Of a DNA stretch of 64,000 nt, positions 55,578 through 64,000 are shown in pieces. The position numbers and the translations under genes were made by a program. Origin of the DNA: Pedosphaera sp. (GTDB lineage: Bacteria > Verrucomicrobiota > Verrucomicrobiia > Limisphaerales > SIBH01). Every line of letters starts with the position of its first letter. Position 1 is the stretch's first letter. The notes under the pieces were generated by a model. That model saw only the letters and a list, made by a program, of their open reading frames with translations, had not been told where the DNA came from and searched no databases. The stretch spans positions 40,653 to 104,652 of the forward strand of contig JANOQV010000105.1 of the NCBI GenBank assembly GCA_031414955.1. The letters run 5' to 3'.

Positions 55578-56528
55578 TCACGGCGTGAAGTAATAACGGA
55601 CGGCATGAAAGAACACCGGCGCGGCGAAGCAGATCGAATCGATGCGATCCATCACGCCGCCGTGACCACCGATCAACTGCCCGTAATCCTTCACCCCACG
55701 ATCCCGTTTGATCGCCGACATGACTAACCCGCCGGCAAAGCCCATCAATGTGATGATCAGCGACATGATGGCCGCTTGCCACGGCTTGAACGGCGTCGCC
55801 CACCAGAGGGCCGTTCCAATCAGCGTCGTGGTGGCGATGCCGCCAATGAAACCCTCCCAGGTCTTGTTCGGGCTGACGTGCGGGGCGATTTTGTGCCGGC
55901 CACAGGTCTTGCCCCAGACGTATTGCATCACGTCGCTCAGTTGCACGATGAGAATGAAGAAGAACAGGAGCTTGCCGTTTTGATTTTCATACCCAGGGAT
56001 GCGGAGGCTCAGGAGAGCCGGCGCGTGGCTCACGCAATAAACGCAAATCATCAGCGCCCATTGAATCTTGGCCGTCCGTTCCAGGAAACGATCACAATCC
56101 CCCGCCAGCACCGAACGCAGGGGAATAAACAGGAACGCATAGACGGGGATGAAAATCGAGAATAGGCCGTACCAGTCCACAAAGACGAGCCAGTATTGAA
56201 CCGGCGTGATGACGAAGAACGTCCAGAACAGCACGCGGTGATCCGCCGGGCGGCTCGGTGTGAGGGTGATGAATTCGCGCAAAGCCAGGAACGAAGTCAC
56301 CCCGAAGAGAATCACCGAGCCGACGCCGCCAGTCGCCAAGGCCAGCAGAAAGATAATTACCATCATCCACCACGCGCGGGTGCGGGCGTTGAGATTGGCC
56401 ACGGTCACTTTGAAGGCATCGCTGCCGCCGCGCCTCGATAGCGCCCAGCCGATGATGCTGGCGAGAGCGAGCAGGCCGACGACGCCTCCAACGAGCCAGA
56501 TGGTTTGCTGATCGATTCGCAGTTTCAT
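55578..56528 (-). CDS. Phosphatidate cytidylyltransferase (YnbB-like)
   Basis: SFLALREF, SDVMQY.WGK, SPNKTWEG and SAIKRD.GVKDYG.LI.GHGGVMDRIDS. Confidence 0.9.
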   Translation of the reverse strand: MKLRIDQQTIWLVGGVVGLLALASIIGWALSRRGGSDAFKVTVANLNARTRAWWMMVIIFLLALATGGVGSVILFGVTSFLALREFITLTPSRPADHRVLFWTFFVITPVQYWLVFVDWYGLFSIFIPVYAFLFIPLRSVLAGDCDRFLERTAKIQWALMICVYCVSHAPALLSLRIPGYENQNGKLLFFFILIVQLSDVMQYVWGKTCGRHKIAPHVSPNKTWEGFIGGIATTTLIGTALWWATPFKPWQAAIMSLIITLMGFAGGLVMSAIKRDRGVKDYGQLIGGHGGVMDRIDSICFAAPVFFHAVRYYFTP

Positions 56529-57127
56529 GTGAGATGGAGGTTCCAGACAGCACAGCGCGCCCGTTCGAGAAATTCAGCCTTGCTCTCATTGGGCTCAATT
56601 ATCACCGGCGCGCCGATCGTGACGCTGCCCAGCATCGGCACGGGAAGAATCTCCCCTTTCGGAAGCACACGATTGAGATTCTCGAGAAACACTGGAACCA
56701 GCTCAATCCCAGGGCGCCGCCGGGCCAAGTGAAACAACCCGCTCTTGAAAGGCTTTGGCTCATGCCCGGTCGACCGGGTGCCTTCGGGAAAAATGATGAG
56801 CGACCCACCCGCATCCAGCACGGCCAGCATGGGTTCGAGTGGATTGCCGCGCACGGTGACGTTCTGGCGTTCAATCAGCAGCGCATGGAAGCCCCGTCCG
56901 GCGAGAAAACGCCGCAACGCGCCCTGAGTCCAATAATCCTTCGCCGCTACGGGGCGGGTCTTGGCACGAATGGAGGCCGGCAGCGCCGCCCATAGCACCA
57001 CGGCGTCGAGATGGCTGGTGTGGTTGGCGAAATATATTCGAGGTTTCAACTCCGGAGCGCAGCCAAGCCAGCGCGCGTTCGCGCCGCAGAGCAACTTGAC
57101 GATGCCGGTGATGAGCGAGGCGATCAT
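56525..57127 (-). CDS. Lysophospholipid acyltransferase (PlsC family)
   Basis: ANHTSHLD and IFPEGTRS. Confidence 0.9.
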   Translation of the reverse strand: MIASLITGIVKLLCGANARWLGCAPELKPRIYFANHTSHLDAVVLWAALPASIRAKTRPVAAKDYWTQGALRRFLAGRGFHALLIERQNVTVRGNPLEPMLAVLDAGGSLIIFPEGTRSTGHEPKPFKSGLFHLARRRPGIELVPVFLENLNRVLPKGEILPVPMLGSVTIGAPVIIEPNESKAEFLERARCAVWNLHLT

Positions 57128-57786
57128 TTGCGCTCCAACTCGCCAATGATTCTCGAGGTTCTGCGGACGATCGTCACTACACATCCGGCAGCGATGGTGA
57201 TGAGAGCCCAGCCCACGAGAGCGAAATCGATGCGGCACCAGAGCAGGACAGCATTGCCCAGTGACGCGACTGTCATCACAGCCATGCGATGAGGCTTGGC
57301 CATCGGCCCGCAGAATTGTTGCGATGCTCCAGCCGATGCGCCGAGGGCGCGCACGTATGCCGTGGTGACGGCAAGAATCGCCGCTGTCCACCCCAGCAAC
57401 GGCATCCACGCCAGTTTAGGCATCGCGTAACCGGCGCCGATCAAAATGAAAGCATCGGCGAAACGATCAGGTAATTCGTTGAAGATTTCGCCGGACTTCG
57501 TCTTAAAACCGCCTTCGACTGCCACCATCCCGTCGAACAAATTACAGAGCAGACGCATCTGGATGAGCAAAGCGGCGGCAACCAACAACCAGGCACTGAT
57601 CGAACTGTTCACCCGGGCTGTGGACCAAAAGCAGGTTCCCGCGCCTGCTGCGAAGGCAATGCTGGCAACGGAAATTTGGTTGGGGCGAAGGTGCATCTGG
57701 ATGAGCGCGCGAGCGCATGCGCCGGCCCAACGCGTGTTTCGAGTCTTGAGAGGCCTTCGGGTTGGAGTGGGTTCGGCTGCCGCCAT
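57124..57786 (-). CDS. CDP-alcohol phosphatidyltransferase
   Basis: PNQIS and NLFDGMVA...GEIFNELPDRFAD. Confidence 0.9.
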   Translation of the reverse strand: MAAAEPTPTRRPLKTRNTRWAGACARALIQMHLRPNQISVASIAFAAGAGTCFWSTARVNSSISAWLLVAAALLIQMRLLCNLFDGMVAVEGGFKTKSGEIFNELPDRFADAFILIGAGYAMPKLAWMPLLGWTAAILAVTTAYVRALGASAGASQQFCGPMAKPHRMAVMTVASLGNAVLLWCRIDFALVGWALITIAAGCVVTIVRRTSRIIGELERK

Positions 57787-57861
57787 AAAACAAGGGCAGT
57801 TAACTGGAGAATGAGTCTCCGTCAAAGCTCTTTCACCGCGCCCCCGGCGGAGATTCGCTGA

Positions 57862-58368
57862 TCATTTCCCCATCCCCGGCTTGCGGTTGGCCAATACCTT
57901 CGCCGTCTGGCTGGCGCGAAATTTCTCGTAGCTTTTGCGAAACTGCGGGTGCTTGTTGCCCAGGATGGTCGTGGCGAGCAGTGCGGCGTTGATCGCACCG
58001 GCCTTGCCGATGGCGAGCGTTCCCACCGGCACGCCACCGGGCATCTGCGCGATGGAGAGCAGCGAATCGAGACCCTTCAAAGTCTTGGATTCCACCGGCA
58101 CGCCCAGCACGGGCAAGGACGTTTTCGCCGCGCACATGCCGGGCAGATGAGCCGCGCCGCCCGCGCCAGCGATGATCACTTCGAGACCGCGCTTGGCCGC
58201 CCTCTCCGCGTATTCAAAAAGCAAATCCGGCGTGCGATGAGCAGAGACCACTTGCGCCTCGTAGGGCACACCGAGCGCGTCCAGCTGCGCGGCCGCGTGC
58301 TGCATGGTTTCCCAGTCGGATTGGGAACCCATGATGATGCCGACGAGGGGAGCGGGTTTTTTGGACAT
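57862..58368 (-). CDS. purE: N5-CAIR mutase
   Basis: [24 protein letters not shown] and QMPGGVPV. Confidence 0.97.
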   Translation of the reverse strand: MSKKPAPLVGIIMGSQSDWETMQHAAAQLDALGVPYEAQVVSAHRTPDLLFEYAERAAKRGLEVIIAGAGGAAHLPGMCAAKTSLPVLGVPVESKTLKGLDSLLSIAQMPGGVPVGTLAIGKAGAINAALLATTILGNKHPQFRKSYEKFRASQTAKVLANRKPGMGK

Positions 58369-58402
58369 GAAATCAGGGGATTGCTTGTTCAGGAATCTGG
58401 CA

Positions 58403-58882
58403 TCACGGCGATACGGCGAGTCTTTCTTCGTTCGCCTCCCGCTTCATCAACACCCCCTGTTCCTTGTACGGTTTGAGCATGAAGTGTGTGGCGGTGGAGA
58501 TGACGCCCTGGACCGTGGCCAGTTTTTCGGAGACAAACGTCGCCACCTCGCGCAGCGTCCGCCCCTGCACCACCACGAGCAAATCGTAGCCGCCGGACAT
58601 CAGGTAGCAGGATTCGACCTCGCTGTATTTGGCGATGCGCTCGGCCAGACGGTCGAAGCCGCCGCCGCGCTCGGGCGTGATCTTTACTTCGATCAAGGCG
58701 CGCACGGATTCGAGGCCCAGCTTCTCCTCGTTGAGAATGGCACGGTACCCGAGCACGATGTGTTCGTCCTGATACTGGCGGATGCGGGCCAGCACTTCGG
58801 CCTCGGTGAGATTGAGCATGGCGGCGAGATCGGCCGGGTTCCACGCGGCGTTCTCACGAATCAACTTCAGCAACGAATCCAT
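58403..58882 (-). CDS. Lrp/AsnC family transcriptional regulator
   Basis: N-terminal [12 protein letters not shown] and STATHF.LK.YK. Confidence 0.9.
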   Translation of the reverse strand: MDSLLKLIRENAAWNPADLAAMLNLTEAEVLARIRQYQDEHIVLGYRAILNEEKLGLESVRALIEVKITPERGGGFDRLAERIAKYSEVESCYLMSGGYDLLVVVQGRTLREVATFVSEKLATVQGVISTATHFMLKPYKEQGVLMKREANEERLAVSP

Positions 58883-58983
58883 GCGCGAGACGTTAGCGGG
58901 GAAAAAGCTTTTGGAAATCACAAAGAGCCGCAGACGGAATGAGGAGGAGATAGGAAGTCCTGCCTCGGTGTTTCATCCGGGGC

Positions 58984-59898
58984 TCAATTCATCAGACGGC
59001 GCAAAGCCGTCAGCACCTGATCCGTTCCCAGCCGGGCCAGTCCGCGCGGCTCTGGCAGCAACTCAAAGCGTTCACTACGCGGACGCCAGATCACGGGATT
59101 GCTTCCGCCCCACAAGGCCAACCCGCGCAGGCCCGCCGCCGCAGCGAGATGCGTGATGCCCGAGTCGTGCCCGATGAACGCGTCCCCAGCGCGCAGACGC
59201 GCGGCGAGTTCCGGGAGTGGTTGGTGCAACGCCGCGCTGATCCGAGCGACCGGCAAGAGCGCCGCGAGGCGTTGCAGGCGCTCGCCCTCGGCCTCGCCGC
59301 CCACGAGCAGGATGCGCCAGTCCGATTCGGTCCCGAGGCGCAGCAGCAATTCCGCCCATCGCTCTTCGGGCCAGTTTTTTTTCTCGCTGCCGCTGCCGGG
59401 ATGCACCGCCAGGGTGGCGCCGCCTGGGGACCGGGCGGCGGCCTCAAGATTGAGCCAGGGCACTGGATCCGTACCGAAGATGGCCAGTCGTTCCAACGGT
59501 CGGAGAAATACATCCGTGGCGTGAACCGGCTCCATCTCATCAGGTCGATGGGGGCCGGCGTGAAACTGCGCCTTGGAACAGCGCACGATGTTCTCGCGGA
59601 AGATTTCGTCCGGGTCGAAGAGGTAGGAAATGATGATGTTGAATCCGGCAAAGTATTCGCCGAGGGCCGGGTCGAGGGCGCCGCGCCGCGCAAAAAATCC
59701 GGCCATCGCCCGCGCCTCAATGGAACGAACTTCGTTCACGGTCCCGGCCAGTTTCGCCAGCGAGGCAATGTGGGGATACCCAAGCACTTCCAGACGGGCC
59801 CGGGGAAACCGCTTCCGCAAGGCCGCCAGCGCGGGCAGGGTCAGGATGAAATCGCCGATGGCACCGCCGCGGATGACGAGGATGCTGCCGCCGCTCAC
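58984..59898 (-). CDS. Glycosyltransferase family 9 (LPS heptosyltransferase-like)
   Basis: IRGGAIGDFIL, HPGSGSEKKNWP and GHDSGITHLAAA. GTG start overlaps the upstream stop. Confidence 0.9.
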   Translation of the reverse strand: MSGGSILVIRGGAIGDFILTLPALAALRKRFPRARLEVLGYPHIASLAKLAGTVNEVRSIEARAMAGFFARRGALDPALGEYFAGFNIIISYLFDPDEIFRENIVRCSKAQFHAGPHRPDEMEPVHATDVFLRPLERLAIFGTDPVPWLNLEAAARSPGGATLAVHPGSGSEKKNWPEERWAELLLRLGTESDWRILLVGGEAEGERLQRLAALLPVARISAALHQPLPELAARLRAGDAFIGHDSGITHLAAAAGLRGLALWGGSNPVIWRPRSERFELLPEPRGLARLGTDQVLTALRRLMN

Positions 59899-60509
59899 AA
59901 GGTCAGCGTTGCGGGCGAGGTCAGCGCGGCTTGGGGCAGCGGCGCTTTCTGCTCCGCCTGCTTGAAGACCGTGAGTCCCAGCACCAGCACCAGAATTCCG
60001 AAAGACATTCGGACGCCGCTCAACCAGCGTGTGCGTGATTCGGTGGCCACTGACCAGTTGAGAATGTCGCGCAGCCGCCAGGGCGAAATGGTGAACCACA
60101 TCCCGGCCAGCACCAGGACATAAGCCCAGGTTGAAATCACCAGTCGCCAGTCCGTTGCTGCCCAGCGAGCGGTGTCCACCATCAGCTTGGCCAGCAACAG
60201 AAAGATCACGGCCAGGCCGCGCACGGACAGGAAGTCGCGGACAAACAGACAGGCACCCAAACCCACGCCGCCGAAGATGACGTAGAAGTATTTCTTCATG
60301 CTGGCGAAGTCGGAGACCTCTTCCTGACGGAGGTAGTAAAGAAACCACAGCGTGCCAAGCAGAGTCAGCACGAAGCCCACCGGCAGGGAGCGCGGGAACT
60401 TGCGCGCGGCCGCCGCGAAGACCTTCGGCTTGAGCACACCCACGGCGTTCAGCACGGCGACGAACAGCCCGAGGATGATCGCCAGCGTGGACAGTTTCAG
60501 ATCAGACAT
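59895..60509 (-). CDS. Integral membrane hypothetical protein
   Basis: About six hydrophobic helices; coupled to the GT9 gene. Confidence 0.7.
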   Translation of the reverse strand: MSDLKLSTLAIILGLFVAVLNAVGVLKPKVFAAAARKFPRSLPVGFVLTLLGTLWFLYYLRQEEVSDFASMKKYFYVIFGGVGLGACLFVRDFLSVRGLAVIFLLLAKLMVDTARWAATDWRLVISTWAYVLVLAGMWFTISPWRLRDILNWSVATESRTRWLSGVRMSFGILVLVLGLTVFKQAEQKAPLPQAALTSPATLTL

Positions 60510-60752
60510 GGCGGTGATTTACAGGGAAGCAAGGAGCCAACTCCAGCTTTCGTTGGCGAAGCGCGGACTTTCCAGTCCGCAGCAAGGCCCACAGGAGCAA
60601 GGGCCTCCGTCCGCGCCAAGGCCAAGCCTCATCCCGCCTTGCTTCGGGCTGGAAAGCCCGCGCTCCATTTGTGAACAACCGTGAACGGCGGCACAAAAAA
60701 AGTTCCCGCCGGGCTTCCGTTGCCGCCGGCCATTTGCTACAGGCAACGCCGC

Positions 60753-61304
60753 ATGTCCGCACCGTCGTCCCGAAACATTGTTTATTTCGATTTGGAAACG
60801 CAGAAGTCGGCTGAAGAAGTCGGCGGCTGGCACAACATCCCCGCCATGCGCATGAGCATCGGCGTGACTTACAGCACGGCACGGGGCGAATACAAAATCT
60901 ATGGCGAACGCGAGGTGAACGAACTCATCGAGGAGTTGCGCCGCGCCGATCTCGTGGTGGGCTTCAACAACCAGCGCTTCGATTACGCCGTGCTCCAGGG
61001 GCACAACGATTTCTTCGATGCCGAGCAGATCCCCACCCTCGACATGATGGTCGATTTGCAAAACACCCTCAACCACCGGCTCTCCCTCGACTCGCTGGCC
61101 AATGCGACCTTCGGCGTGGAAAAGACCAGCGAGGGCTTGCAGGCCATCCGCTGGTTTCGCGAAGGCAAGCTGATGGAGATCGCGGAGTACTGCTGCTTTG
61201 ATGTGAAGCTGACCAAGATGGTCCACGAGTACGGCGCCACCAACGGCCAGGTTTATTTCACGAACAAATTTGGGAAGAAGATCACCGTGCCGGTGAAGTG
61301 GTGA
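60753..61304 (+). CDS. RNase H-like 3'-5' exonuclease domain protein (YprB-like)
   Basis: YFDLETQ, VGFN..RFD and YC..DV (DEDD-type residues). Confidence 0.85.
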   Translation: MSAPSSRNIVYFDLETQKSAEEVGGWHNIPAMRMSIGVTYSTARGEYKIYGEREVNELIEELRRADLVVGFNNQRFDYAVLQGHNDFFDAEQIPTLDMMVDLQNTLNHRLSLDSLANATFGVEKTSEGLQAIRWFREGKLMEIAEYCCFDVKLTKMVHEYGATNGQVYFTNKFGKKITVPVKW

Positions 61305-61349
61305 CGGCCCTGGCCTCGGCTGGCTCTCCCCTCGAGAAGCGCTGAATAA

Positions 61350-61445
61350 TTCACCACCGCAGAAGCGGGAAGAGCGCAGAGAATTGAATTCCGATTTCGG
61401 GTGGAAGGCGTTTCTCTGCGGCCTTCCCGTCTCTGCGGTGGTGAA
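61350..61445. repeat. Intergenic inverted repeat, possible bidirectional terminator
   Basis: TTCACCACCGCAGA.GCGGGAAG.GCGCAGAGAA / TTCTCTGCG.CCTTCCCG.CTCTGCGGTGGTGAA between convergent genes. Confidence 0.75.
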
Positions 61446-61456
61446 CCAGCGTTTCC

Positions 61457-62770
61457 CTAGTTCAGCTTCAACGGCCCGCCCTCGCACAACGACGGTTTGC
61501 CGAAGGTCTCGATGCGATGGCCGACCGCGTGCGCGAGCGCGAGGTGCAGGCGATTGTGCGCCGTCTTCTTGAAGTCGTGCGCGCGGCCCATCTGGAATCC
61601 AAAGCCGCCACCCAGCAGCAGGAACGGAATGTTGTCCAGCGTGTGCGAACTGCCCTTGCCCAATTCATTCGTCCAGATGATGAGCGTGTGATCGAGCATC
61701 GAGCCGGACCCGCCCGGCTCGGGCGTGCTGGCGAGGCGCTCGCTCAGATAACGCAGCTCGTCGCAGAACCACTTGTTAATCTTCGTGAGCTTCGTGATCG
61801 CCTCCACGTTCTTGTCCGGCTCGTGCGACAGCTCGTGATGGCCGTTCTTGATGTCGAGCCAGTTCATCCGGGCCGAGCCGACGGACTTGGTGTATTGCAA
61901 GGTGGCCACGCGCGCCATGTCGTTGACAAAGCTGTTCACCAGCAAATCAATCTGCATCCGGCTCAGGCGCGGCACGTTGTCGTTCTGGTCGGCCACGCCT
62001 TCCTGCAACGTCGGCGGATTCACGCGCAACTTCTGTTTGCCGGACTCCGCGATCTCCTTCTCCATCTGCCGCACCAGCGATTGATGCTCATCGATCAGGC
62101 GGCGATCCTCGGCACTGATCAATTTGCGCACCTTCTTCAAGTCGCCTTCCACGTCGGTCAGCACACTTTGCAGGCTCTCCTTGTCCTTCAACTGCCCGTA
62201 GAGCCTCTGGTACATCTGATACGGATCAGAGATGGGTGCCACCGGCTTGTTCGGCCCCGCGTAGCTCATGCGCGTCCACGGATCAGCGCGATCCGTGACC
62301 CCAACCCCGAACTCCAGCGAGCCAAAGCGCGTGCGCGTTTCTTCCTTGCTCTGGAAATAATTCTTCAGTTCCTGATCGATGGAGATGCCGCTGGCCCAGC
62401 CCGCCGGCGTGTCCGAGCCGCCCTGGATGTTGCCGGGGAACAGCTCGATGCCCGTGAGCAGGCAACTCATGCCGCGCATATGGCCGTCGCCGTCGCCGCG
62501 CACCTTGTTCGACAAGCCCTTGAGAAAGAGCATCCGATCCTTGAAGGCCTCGAGCGGCGACACGATTTCCTTCAGTTTGAAATCAGCACCCACCTCGTCC
62601 GGCCAAAACTCCGTGGGGATGGTGCCGTTCGGGCTGAACATCACCACCAACCGCTGGCGCGGGCGCGCCGGCGCGGCCAGACCGAGGCTCGGCAGCCCCA
62701 TGAGAAACGGCAGCGAAGCCGCAGAAAGCCCGAGGCTCTTGACGAACTGTCGGCGATGGATGGCGTTCAT
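61457..62770 (-). CDS. DUF1552 family protein (Tat-like signal)
   Basis: [40 protein letters not shown] and LLGGG. Confidence 0.85.
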   Translation of the reverse strand: MNAIHRRQFVKSLGLSAASLPFLMGLPSLGLAAPARPRQRLVVMFSPNGTIPTEFWPDEVGADFKLKEIVSPLEAFKDRMLFLKGLSNKVRGDGDGHMRGMSCLLTGIELFPGNIQGGSDTPAGWASGISIDQELKNYFQSKEETRTRFGSLEFGVGVTDRADPWTRMSYAGPNKPVAPISDPYQMYQRLYGQLKDKESLQSVLTDVEGDLKKVRKLISAEDRRLIDEHQSLVRQMEKEIAESGKQKLRVNPPTLQEGVADQNDNVPRLSRMQIDLLVNSFVNDMARVATLQYTKSVGSARMNWLDIKNGHHELSHEPDKNVEAITKLTKINKWFCDELRYLSERLASTPEPGGSGSMLDHTLIIWTNELGKGSSHTLDNIPFLLLGGGFGFQMGRAHDFKKTAHNRLHLALAHAVGHRIETFGKPSLCEGGPLKLN

Positions 62771-62832
62771 GGTTTGTTATTGAGTCCAAAGGCTGACGAG
62801 AGATTACGCCATGATATTCGAGCCGCAAGAAA

Positions 62833-62971
62833 GGTGGGGTGAGACTCCGTCGAACCCTAACTGCCGATACAGGAGGCGCGAGCATGATCGCGCGCTCGTC
62901 CCACCGGGGAGATGCTCACTGCGTTCGCCTCGCTCCGCTCGTTCGACGGCTCGACGGAGTCTCGCCCCACC
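62833..62971. repeat. REP doublet
   Basis: GGTGGGGTGAGACTCCGTCGAACC / GGCTCGACGGAGTCTCGCCCCACC. Confidence 0.8.
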
Positions 62972-63193
62972 GATTCATACCCAACGAGCCGGGTCGGAGA
63001 CCGGCGCTCCAATCTCCGGGGAACAGGGACGGACGCGCACGCCCCACGTTCGAGGTCTTCCGGTTGGGGCCAAACCCAAAAGCCAGGCGAAGGATGGTCG
63101 GGGCAAGGAAAGATCCCGCTGAAGTGAAGTTCTGATTGACACTCGATTCCACTGAGGCAGCTTCCTGCACGAATGATACTGAGTTGATACTGC

Positions 63194-63388
63194 ATGCCAC
63201 GCAAGGTTCGCCAATTGATGGCCGATTTGGAAGGTGCGGGGTTTGTGAACCGTGGCGGCAAGGGCAGCCACCGGAACTACACGCATCCGAAAGGCCAGCG
63301 GGTGACGGTGAGCGGCGGGGCCGGCGACGACGCCAAGCACTACCAGGAACGGGACGTGAAGCGGGCCTTGAGCGCGGTGAAAGACTGA
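63194..63388 (+). CDS. hicA: HicA toxin
   Basis: L...GF....GKGSHRNYTHP and DAKHYQ. Confidence 0.9.
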   Translation: MPRKVRQLMADLEGAGFVNRGGKGSHRNYTHPKGQRVTVSGGAGDDAKHYQERDVKRALSAVKD

Positions 63389-63395
63389 AATCGTT

Positions 63396-63746
63396 ATGAC
63401 TCGAAAACAGATCAAAGAACAGGCAGCGCGTTACGCGAAATTTGTGGAATGGAGCGACGAAGATGAATGCTTCATTGGCCGCTGTCCTGAACTCATGGGC
63501 GGCGGCGTGCATGGCAGTGACGAGGCGAAGGTGTACGCCGAATTGTGCGAGGCGGTGGAGGAATGGATCGAGTTGCTGCTCACCGACGGCAAGTCGTTGC
63601 CTGATTCCATCGGCGCGGCGAAGAAGTTCAGCGGGAAGTTTGTGTTGCGGGTCGAGCCGGCCTTGCATCGCCGCCTCGCGGCCAAAGCCATCGCCGCCGG
63701 GGAGAGCCTGAACAGCTATTGCGTGAAAACACTGGTGAAGGCGTGA
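63396..63746 (+). CDS. hicB: HicB antitoxin with a C-terminal RHH
   Basis: WSDEDECFIGRCPEL..HG and FSGKFVLRVEPALHRRL...GESLNSY. Confidence 0.9.
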   Translation: MTRKQIKEQAARYAKFVEWSDEDECFIGRCPELMGGGVHGSDEAKVYAELCEAVEEWIELLLTDGKSLPDSIGAAKKFSGKFVLRVEPALHRRLAAKAIAAGESLNSYCVKTLVKA

Positions 63747-64000
63747 GGGCGCTCGCCCCACGTTCGAGGTCTTCCGGTTTGGGGCCAAATCCACAGGCCG
63801 GGCAATGGATTGGTGATAGCAAGGATCGACCCCGTTCCAAGTCCCGTAGGGACGGCTGAATCGGCGGCGCGTGGGCGATGGTTTTCCCGACGCGCGCTGG
63901 GCCGCGAGCCTCCGGAGTGCGCCCGTCCCGGGCGCAGCAACGTGCGGCGTGGAGAGGCGTCTGGTCCATTCTTGCGCGTCCCTGCGGTCGGATGTCGCTG

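Larger units (their letters stand above)
63040..63842. repeat. Imperfect ~85-bp direct repeats (63040-63125 and 63754-63842) flanking hicAB
   Basis: Both copies begin CGCCCCACGTTCGAGGTCTTCCGGTT(T)GGGGCCAAA and remain alignable through GCAAGGA..GA.CCCG. Confidence 0.8.

Overview
This GC-rich bacterial chromosomal window is most likely from Verrucomicrobiota (Pedosphaera/Limisphaera-like). That placement is inferred from the gene repertoire: two DUF1552 genes, a PVC-type CxxCH dehydrogenase, a sulfatase, a kinase-WD40 protein and C-terminal 'FYRL/YRV' secretion-type tails. Core genes (parB, def, proB, mazG, comF, tRNA-Leu(CAA), gatB, purE, lepB-like) alternate with secreted or carbohydrate-active enzymes and small accessory inserts. 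The inserts include two restriction-modification loci, VapBC and HicAB toxin-antitoxin pairs, one integron-type gene cassette with attI- and attC-like sites but no integrase, two MITE-like elements and many palindromic repeats. No CRISPR array, rRNA, transposase or prophage was seen. The main leads are: (1) an unannotated MotA/ExbB-like plus MotB/ExbD-like pair whose second subunit carries a coiled coil and a trypsin-like domain; (2) the integrase-less attI-cassette-attC locus, with a small basic ORF where intI would normally be; (3) an NgoMIV-like R-M system sitting between the two arms of a REP doublet whose empty form is also in this window; (4) a mosaic DpnA-like methyltransferase locus; (5) an RGPP-ending metal-binding leader ahead of an ATPase-less metal uptake operon; (6) an MFS transporter with an EF-hand pair; (7) a kinase with three rewired catalytic motifs. 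All family assignments come from motif recognition by eye, and no searches were run.
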